In this document: piece by piece, positions 11,399 to 20,300 of the stretch
How positions within the stretch are numbered: the stretch's first letter is position 1
Layout: each line of letters opens with the position of its first letter
NCBI GenBank assembly: GCA_918797485.1
Contig: CAKKNE010000004.1
Coordinates: 3,968,001-4,032,000, forward strand
Direction of reading: 5' to 3'
Length of the DNA: 64,000 nucleotides
Source of the DNA: Pelagomonas calceolata
Lineage: Eukaryota
Program-made: the position numbers and the translations under genes
Notes under the pieces: generated by a model
What the model was told of the DNA's origin: nothing
The model's database searches: none
What the model saw: the letters and a program-made list of their open reading frames with translations, nothing else

Positions 11399-13863
11399 TT
11401 ACAAACGCGTAAGCGCGACGTTGTCGCAGTACTCCTCTCTGGCACTTTCGTCGCGGAGGATGGAGGTCCGGACTACGTCACTGAGGACGGCGCGGAGGCA
11501 GTCGGTTTTCAGAGGACCGTCTGCGAGCGACGCAAGCGCCGCGGCCCGGAAGCGTTCGCTCTCCATATAATTCAAGAAGCGACTGTCGCTTTCCCAGGTA
11601 TCCTCGAGAAATTCGCGGAACGTCGCGGCCGCGGCCGCGTCGGGCCCAGGCAGCGACATCTCAAAGCGCGCCGCGCGAGCGGCGACGTTCGGCGTACCCA
11701 CGAAGAGCAGCATGTCGAGGCGGCCCGGCCTTACCACGGCGCTATCGAACGCCGCGAGTCGGTTCGTCGCGACCTGTGTGGAAATCAACCAGTGCGTCGG
11801 GTGCCAACGCGGCCGTCCTGGCTCGGTCGAGCGATGAGGAACCGGCACCGCCTCGCCATCGAGCAGGCGTCGCGTCGATGGCGTGGAGGATGATGCGATG
11901 ATTCAGCACGAACGTGCCGTAAAATTTTGATTTCCACACAGGTCGCGACGAGAAAGATGCTCCGCTCCGCCCGTCGCAGATCGTTCAGCCGCGTCAGCAT
12001 CGCCGTCGTTAATATGCGCGACTCCATACCTAGGCCTGGCGTCGTCCTGTCGAGGCAGAACTCTTCAATTTCGTCGAAGAGAATCACACAGTCTCTCAGT
12101 CGCTCCAGGCGATCGAAGACGTAGGCCATGCGCGACGCGATGTTCGCGAGACCGTCTTCGAGGAACACGGCCGTGTCGATTACAACGAAGCCGTAGCCGA
12201 GTGCCGCGGCGACGCTTTCAGCGGTCGTGGTTTTCGCCGTGCCAGGTGGACCGAACAACACCGCGCTATAGGCTGTCGGCGAGAGCGACCCGCTCTGCGT
12301 ACGTGGTTCGATGATGCGAGACCGTAAAATGTCCTTGAGCGAGTCGCTCGCCTGTATGGACACCGACGAGTGAGTGTCGGCCGCGCGTCAACGGCGTCGA
12401 AGGACCTTGAAGACACAGACAACATGCCATGTCCGAATCCAAGAGCCCTTCGAACACCGTCGCGTCGGGGGCCTTGCCCTCGCGCCCGCCGAACTCCGCG
12501 AGGATCCTTTTGTTCAGCAGGTCTCCCACGACCTTGGACGCGGCACCCGCGCACTGGAGCGCCTGCGCCGTCGACCACGCGAGCGGCGCGCCCGAGCCCT
12601 CCTCGAGGTGGTCGCTCCGCCAGCCGCCGCCGCCGCGGTCCTGCCGCTCGAGCCAGGCGCAGGTCCGCTCGATCTTCGCCACGTGCGGCCGGAACGCCGC
12701 GCGCGGCAGCGGCAGCGCCAAAACCGTCGCGAGCGCGTCGGGGCTGAAAACGAAAGCGTTGCCAACGTCCTGTGTGCACGACCGCGCGTCGCGTCGACGA
12801 ATGTTGCATGGAGAAGGCCCCTCACTGGACGCCATGTCGTACGAAGGACCGTCGCGACCGCACGAATATTTTTTGGCCCGGAGCCCATGTTCCGTCGTCG
12901 CCTGTGCGTAAATCAACCTGTGGAAAGCGTCGCGACAATTTGATTTATGCACTGGTCCTCGCGCTGCGCCCCGAAGAAGACGTCGAGCGCGCGCGCGCAG
13001 AGCTTGAGGTTCGGCGCCTCGATGCCGTCTCTATCTCCATCGCCGTCGCAGCGGACTTCGTCGCGCGTCGCGAACGCATTGATTTGATCCCTAGCGGCGC
13101 CCACGGACGCGTACGTCGCGAGCGAATACGCGACGCGTGTCGCGTCGGCCGGCTCGCCCATCGAGTCGTAGGCCAGCTGGCGGCAGAGTTCGTCCCGTGC
13201 CACCTGAAACGATCTTTTCAGCGCGAACGCCATGGCCATTGAATCGATGCCAAGGAATTCCACTAAATCCGCGTCGGCGACGTCGAGCAGCGCCCGCGTG
13301 AGCCAGTACGTCAGGTAGCTCGACAGCTTCTGCCGCCTCCAGTCGCGAAGGTGCGGCCGGCAGGCCAGCAGCGCCTCGACGGCGCCCGCCAATCGGTCCG
13401 TGCACGGCGGTCCCACTGCGGCGCGCGCCAGAGCCGAGACCACCAGCGGCGCCTGCAGCAGGTCGTCGGTCCGCCAGGGCGCCTCCGCTAATGCTTTCGT
13501 CACCGCTGGAAATTCGTCCAGCGCGTCGGCGTCCAATAAAGCACCAATGCAGATGGCGCTGCTCGTCACGGAGTAATTGCGCGTCACGCCGGGCTCCAGC
13601 GCGAACGACTTGAGCTCCGTGTCGAAGAAGCCCCGCAGTTTCGGCACCACTCCATCGTCCAACGCCGCGAGCCGCCGCTCCAGCGACGCCAGGTCGTCGA
13701 ACGAATCAAGAGCAGCGGCTGCAGCGTCGTCGTGCGCGTGGCGAACTGGCAAACGGTTTGCACCCAAAGGCTGTGTCGCACTGCTGCGCGGCGCGATGAG
13801 GCCGGTGGCGGTGCTGGTGAGCAGGCCAGCGATTACTGCGCGAAGAACACGTGCTCCCAGCAT
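11399..13863 (-). CDS. AAA+ ATPase with N-terminal helical (QW-repeat-like) region, 692 aa; exons 13863-12963, 12901-12843, 12769-12428, 12351-11950, 11773-11399
   Basis: GPPGTAKT (Walker A), ILFDEIEE (Walker B), VATN sensor-1, RPGRLD arginine finger; four introns (two GT-AG, two GC-AG) give one frame; N-terminal signal peptide. Confidence 0.8.
11774..11941. mobile_element. Introner: MITE-like DNA element forming intron 11949-11774
   Basis: Perfect 15-bp TIRs CTGTGTGGAAATCAA / TTGATTTCCACACAG; perfect 8-bp TSD GTCGCGAC at 11766-11773 and 11942-11949. Confidence 0.93.
12902..12954. mobile_element. Minimal 53-bp introner forming GC-AG intron 12962-12902
   Basis: TIRs CTGTGCGTAAATCAA / TTGATTTATGCACTG; TSD GTCGTCGC / GTCCTCGC; splicing restores AQRDDGTW. 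Confidence 0.8.
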
Positions 13864-14352
13864 GTTGCCTCTGGTGCTGCTGCTGCAAAAATGGTTGCCA
13901 ATGCGCAGCAGTTTTAAATTGCAACTACCCCACCGCTTCCTACCCTCTTGTCCGCTTCCACTCCAGCGTTTGGACGTTATGCAGCTGGTGAATTTACTGC
14001 GAGTAATGTGATGCTGCTCACGAGTTAGGCCAAAGTGCGGGTTAACAAGCGCCGGACCAGACGCGTGCCTGGGGCCTGCCAGGCTGTCGCCGGCCGAAAG
14101 ATGCAGTGGTGCTCCTCGAATCTGGCAGAAAACTCACTAGGCTCGGGGGCAGCCCAAAATCGTGCAGCGCGCGACCAATTGGTGGCTGCCCACCGGCCAG
14201 GTGCTCCGCACCGGTACCAGGCATCAGTGGTGCTCCACCGTCGGGCGAACGAGTGTAGGCGCACGAACCTGCAGCTGCCCGCACCGCACCAGGGCACACA
14301 AACAAAAAGCCTTGGGCAGCGGACAGCTCCAGACCACTCGTAAGCGGCCAGG

Positions 14353-17300
14353 ATGCTCCACCGCACGCTGCGCCACGACTTCGCCGAGTCGGAAGGACTG
14401 GTAGACAACTCGCGGAACTTGGATCCGATCGTCAGGCGGGAACAGCGCCAGAAGGCCGCGGAGCTATGTAGGACGACGTGGGCGAAGCTCCAAAAAGCAA
14501 GGGAGCAGGCCATGTTAAAGTCGGGGCACACGAGCAACTTCGGCCTCAACTCCGGCGAGTTATTAGTATTAGCAGCAGAATGCTGCGCGAAGAACGGGCT
14601 CTTTGATGATGCTAGAGACTGCGCCGAGGAATTTTTTGTGGACGACTGCGCGACTTCTCAAGGGTCCCAGGATCAGTTTTTGTGTCGCGCGAAGTTCGTG
14701 CAGGCCCAGGTCGAGTGTAACAATGCGAAACCTCTACAAGGCGCCGACGGCGTCAGAAGGAGGCGCCTCGCGTGGGGTTATGTGTTAGATGCATTGAAAA
14801 TTGCCACCGACGAGTTAAACAGACCGAGGTACGACTTTCTGGTCTACAATGCTGCTGTTGTATTATGGGACATTATTTATCCTCTACTAAGGGACGGCGC
14901 GGCGCGCTACGCCGTCATGCCGCTGCAGACTTTATGTGATGCGTTGGAGGAGGTCGACGACCAAAAGGATCTGGACTTAAGAGTAAGGTATCAAAGAGCA
15001 TTGGGGCTGTGCTACGACGACGCCGAGGAGGCATCCCTCGCGGGGCAGTGCCTCACGAAGGCGAAGGAACTCGCGCAACGACGATGTACGATAGCCCAGG
15101 AGGAAGTCGACGCGTCGACCACTTCGTTAGAAGAGGCCTCCCAAGCTCTAGAAGCGGCTAAAAATGAGAGACTCGCGCTGGACAACGAGGACGAGGACGA
15201 AGTAGTGGTAGAGGACGCGCCCGCGCCCGCGCCCGCGCCGGGCGACGTCCCGGAGGACGACGCGACGACGGCGACGGAGGCCACCCTAGATACGGCGCAG
15301 CGCGACAGTATGGCCGAGTACGAAGCGCGCGAGAAGCGCAAGTCCGACCTCGAGGACGCGCGCAAGGCGAAGCGCGAGAACGCGCTCGCGAAAGCCGACG
15401 CCGCGGTCCTCAGAGCGGAACAAGCGCGGAGCGACGCCGAGGTGCGCCAGACCAAAGCCATGGAAGTGACGAAGGTCGAGCGGACGAAATTGGAGGACGT
15501 GTTAGTGCACTGCGTTCACGTGGGGGTCGACGTGAAGTCGGACGTCGACGGTGACATGCGCGCGAAATCATTGGTGGACATTCAGGGCGTGAAGTCGGCT
15601 CTAGGCACGGCGTCGCCCAAAGATTCGTTGGCATCGTTGGTCACAATCCTAGGCGAGCTCGGCGTCGAGGCTCCTGGTAGTACACCTGTACCTTCGGACA
15701 ACGAGGAGGAGGAAGAACCAGAAAAGGCCACTTTGGCCACGGAAGCCGCCGAGGGCGTCGCCGACGCCGGCCGCTGCGCGTTGCGCGTCGCGGACTTTAG
15801 CGACGAGGGCGCCGACTTCTCGAAGAGCGAATGCGTAGCCTTGGCGCGCCGATGCGCGTTACGAGCAGGCCACGCCAAGGACGCGCCGCCCCACGCGCGC
15901 ATGAAGCTGGATTTGCTCAAATGTTTATTGACAGCTAGAGAACTCGACGACCAGGCGTGCGTACCTCTAGCTTCCGTGAAATCTGGCGGCGAGAAGCGCA
16001 AACCTCTCAAGGAGGACGCCACAGCCGCGCAGAGGGAAGCCGCGGAGGCCGCGGATCGCAAGCTCGAAGCTGCGAGAAGGGAGAAGCTGCGCGGGAGAGA
16101 AGTGGATGCGGCGAGACTAGCGAGAAGGGTCGAGGCCCTGAAGCTCCTAGATAGGACATTGTTAGCTGCAAAAAGACTGGATGCGGCAGACGTCATCGAA
16201 GAGGGCTGCGTCGCCGCGTGGAACATCGGGCTGCCGCTGCTGGAACCGCATCTACGAAAGCACGTGCACCGCACGTTCTCGCTGGCTTCGTCCCTACTCG
16301 AAACGTACCAGTCTCCATTAGTTGAACTAAGGTCGAAGCTCCACTTCGAGGTGGCGCGCTGCGAATTAGCCATGGATTACATCGCCAAGGCCGCCGCGGA
16401 GGTCGAGAAGAGCCTGGGCACGGACTACGGCGCCATCGACGACGAGCTGGTGCAGAAGAAGCTCCCGGAGGAGGCCTGGGAGGAGGGCGACCCGACCGAG
16501 GAAGCGGACGAGCCGGACGAGGTCCAGGTGGCCGACGCCGATCCGTCGCGCGAAGCGCATTATCAACTGAGGCCTCTAGATCGGTTCGTCGCGCCGCTCG
16601 GGCACCGCTTGGAGCTGAGGAGCAACATCTACAAGGAGCCCGACACTATTGAAGATAAAGCTATGTTACTGATGGACCACGCGTTGGATGCGCACGACCC
16701 TAGACTACAGAGGAGGATGCTCAGCCAGGTCGCCGACCTGCTGCTGAGCGCCGAGGATTCGTCTACGGAACCGCCTCCCCCCGTCGTAGGCTGGGCCGCC
16801 GCCTTCGCGGAGCTCGCGAACGACTCTAGTGAGATGGTAGATGTCGAGGGCGAGGAGGTCCCGGGACCGGCCTGGGGCGCGCCGAGGAGCGCCTTGTCAT
16901 ACGCGTCCGCCGAGGCCGACGGTTCGACGGAAGAGCCTTCACAAACACCGGGTGAGAACAAGATGAAAAGGGCTGCCTTGTGGGCGCAGCTCCTACAAAT
17001 CGCGTGGGAGAAGCATCGCGCCACCTCTCGCGAGTTATGTCAGCAGGCTGCTGCGTTGGTTTTGAGGGACGCCTGGCCCCTGGACACGCATCGGTTGTAC
17101 GTCATCCAGCAGGTCGAGGCCCAATACGCGTTAGCTGAGAGCTACGTTGATGAGCTCACAGAAGTGGCTACAGCGACGGCGCGCCACGCGGCAGATGATA
17201 AAACAGCGCAAGCGCCGCCGGCGTGGCTCGCGCTTGGTGTAGATGCCAACAAAGTGGACGCTCTCAAAACTGACGAAGACGAGGAGGACGACGAGGACGA

Positions 17301-20300
17301 CGATGATGAAGAGGAGGACGAGGACGAGGACGACGCCCCCGTAAAAAAGAAGGTATCCGTCGTGCACCGAGAGGCGCCGCAAAGATTAAACGCGTTGAAG
17401 CGATTGGTGCTGGGTGCGCTGATCGGTGGCATCAAGCGCGCGGAGCGGCTGGGTATTGATTCTTTGTGTCGGAACGGTGTCGCGCGATTGTGGAACCTGC
17501 ACATGCACATCCTCCAATCGAAGCAGTACGACTGTCTACTCGAGGAGGTCGTCGGCGCGCTGGAGCAGGGTCGGGAGGTCCTGGAGCGTATTGGTAGTAA
17601 GGATGCGCTGCTCGGCGCGCAGCTTTCCGAACTCATCGCGCGGTGCTATGTACAACAAGGGAAGAAGGACCCCGCTGCTTCTTTATGCGCCCAAGCGGCG
17701 TCGGCCTACGGTCTGGAATCACCCTTGATCGTCAAGAATTTGGTCGAGCTCCATGCTTTGCTCAAGGACGCGGCGCCTTCACCACCGTCGCAAGGCGCGC
17801 CTTCGTCGCCTAGAGCAAACACGGAGAGGATTGAGCGTACTGGTGTGGATGATTTAGCCTTAACTGCGGAAAGGGCGGCCTGCTTCTTTGATGTGCTAAC
17901 GCGCCTCGAGAAGTTAAGTCGACTCGCGAAGGGTGATGATGTAACGGGCCTGGGCGGGGCCCGCGAATTGCTCGAAGAATCTTTAAAGAAGGACGCCAAG
18001 GCCGCTGCTACGAGAAGGAGCGCCGCGGACAAGGCGAGAAAGGCCGCGGAACGGCAGGCCTGCCCTCCCTCAGACCACGACCTGTGTCGGTTGGCCCTGG
18101 GCGACGCTTCTCGGGAGCAGGACGCCGACGCGTTGATACTCAGAGTAGAATTATTCGCGCGCATCGCGGAGCAAGCTTTAAGACTTGATCATACCGATGA
18201 GGTGCATCGTAATGTCGCAAATGCCATCGCGCTCCTCCCGCCGCCCCCGAGACCCGCCGCCACGAAAGATGATATTAAAGCACACGACGAGTCCGAGTCA
18301 CGGTGCGTCAAGGCAGATGCTACACAAGAAACTCCTTTCGACGCAGCCAACACGCCGAGTAAAGCGTGGCGCTGGGGTTCCGTGGCGGAGCTGGCCCGGG
18401 GCGGTGCCATCCAAGAACAGGTGGCGCCGGGCCAGGACAAGTCCACCCAGGACAACCTGTATGCTGCTGCATTATCTCATTTCGTGCGCGCCGCGCGCCA
18501 CGCCGTTGCTGCTCAAAGCTATCCCGAATTGGTGGTGCGGAGCGCGGAAGCGATGTGGAACTGCTCGCTTCACTTATCTGGTTCGAGTGTTTCTAGAAGG
18601 TTGGCGCGATCGTCTCTTAGATGTATCTTGGCTTGTATGAGGGAATCGGGCATCGTCACAGCGGCTTCGTTGCAGGTCGAGGCGAACCTCCTAGGCTTGC
18701 TCCTGGAGTGCTTCACGGACGACGGCCACTTCCAGGCGGGCCTATCCTACGTCGATCGAGCTTTGAAAGATCTGAACGCGAGGGAGACAGGTGAGGACGA
18801 CTCGAAGCCCGCAGAAAAAGTTTTGAGGAGGGTCATGCTGGAAGGGAGAGTCAAGTTCCTGTCTCGGTTAGGAAGAAGCTCGGGCGCGGGCCTCAAAGTC
18901 GAGGGCGACGCCGCGGCCAAGGCCAACGTCTGGGCGACGCTGGCGCGGACGGCGGCGAACCCCGTGCAGCAACTATCAGCCTATCAAAAATGTTTGGACT
19001 GTGTGAATGGTCGATTCGAACGGGTCGAATACTTGGTAGAGCTGGCGGAGTGGCTCGTGGCGCAAAGAGCATCAAAAAACGACGCTCAAACATCATTGGA
19101 GACTGCTGTCGATTTGCTGCTGGAGGTCGAGGGAACTGCGCCCCCACTGTCACATGGGACACAAACAGGATCGCAGTACGGCTCCCACATCTCCGGCACG
19201 ACGACCCGAAAGACGACGACGCGCGCGTCACAGTCGAGTCGTCCGGGCACCGGCCACTCGCAGCGATCAAAGACGTCGCGGAGCGGCACGAGCGTGCACT
19301 CCGGGTCCTCCGCTGGTGGTGTTAATCGTATGCCCGGCGCCCCGAAGCATCTGGGCGCGACGCACTACGAGTTACTCGTAAGGGCGCTCGCGATGCTCGG
19401 CGAGCTCGCCACAAATTTCAACGATCGAAGGAGGTACTTGTTATTAGGAGCCCACTACGCCACTTCGTTATATAACCTCCATGTCCGAAGCGCGAACTCC
19501 GTCGCGCACAAGGAACATAAAGACGCGGCGCGGGCCGCGCGGAAGGCCGGCGAAGAGTATGCAATGCCGGAGGGGCCCAAGTTTTCTGGTGTCGAGTCGT
19601 TATGTGATTGGGCCTCTCTCGAGATATCAAGTGACCTCCTCGACCACTGCCGCCGGGCGCAGCACCAGAAGCGCCAAGCTAGAAACGTTTTGTCTCAAAA
19701 GACATGCCACAAAGTGCCCCTCACGGCCCACCACCTCTGTGCTCTGAGTGACGGCCTGTGCGACCTGGGCTACACGGCCCAAGCGTTAGCACCCACCGTG
19801 TGTTTACAATTAGTTGGTTACCTCGCGACGACCCACGAATCAACACCGGCCTTGGCCGTGTTAGGTGGTTGTAGACGCGCTCGATTGCTGCTGGAGTTGG
19901 GAGCCACACAAGCAGCTTTGAAGCAGCTCCGAGCGTTGGGTGGCCTGGGCTTAACATCGAAGAACGAAGCCGAGGCCCCCGACGCGACCGACGTCGAAAG
20001 ACTGCTCGAGCAGCGCAAGACGACGGAACCGGTCAAGAAGCCGGAGGCTACCGAGTGGAAAGTGAGAGGATTGGAAACAAGACATATCTGGTGCGCCATT
20101 GCCTCGGAATGTGTAAGTCTAGAGCAGCCCGCGGCCGCCGCGACGTACCTAGCGGGCGCGTACAAGCACAACGACGCGTTCGACGATCGGAAGGGGGCCG
20201 GGCGGTGTGCGGAAGTTGCCGCACACATAGCGTATCAAAAAGGCGAGTTCAAGGAAGCTGTGATGCTGGTGATGGCGGCGCAGCACGCCGTTGGGAAAAC

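Noticed and set aside
17272..17334. GAG/GAC trinucleotide-rich tract
   Set aside because: Encodes a poly-acidic linker within CFAP46
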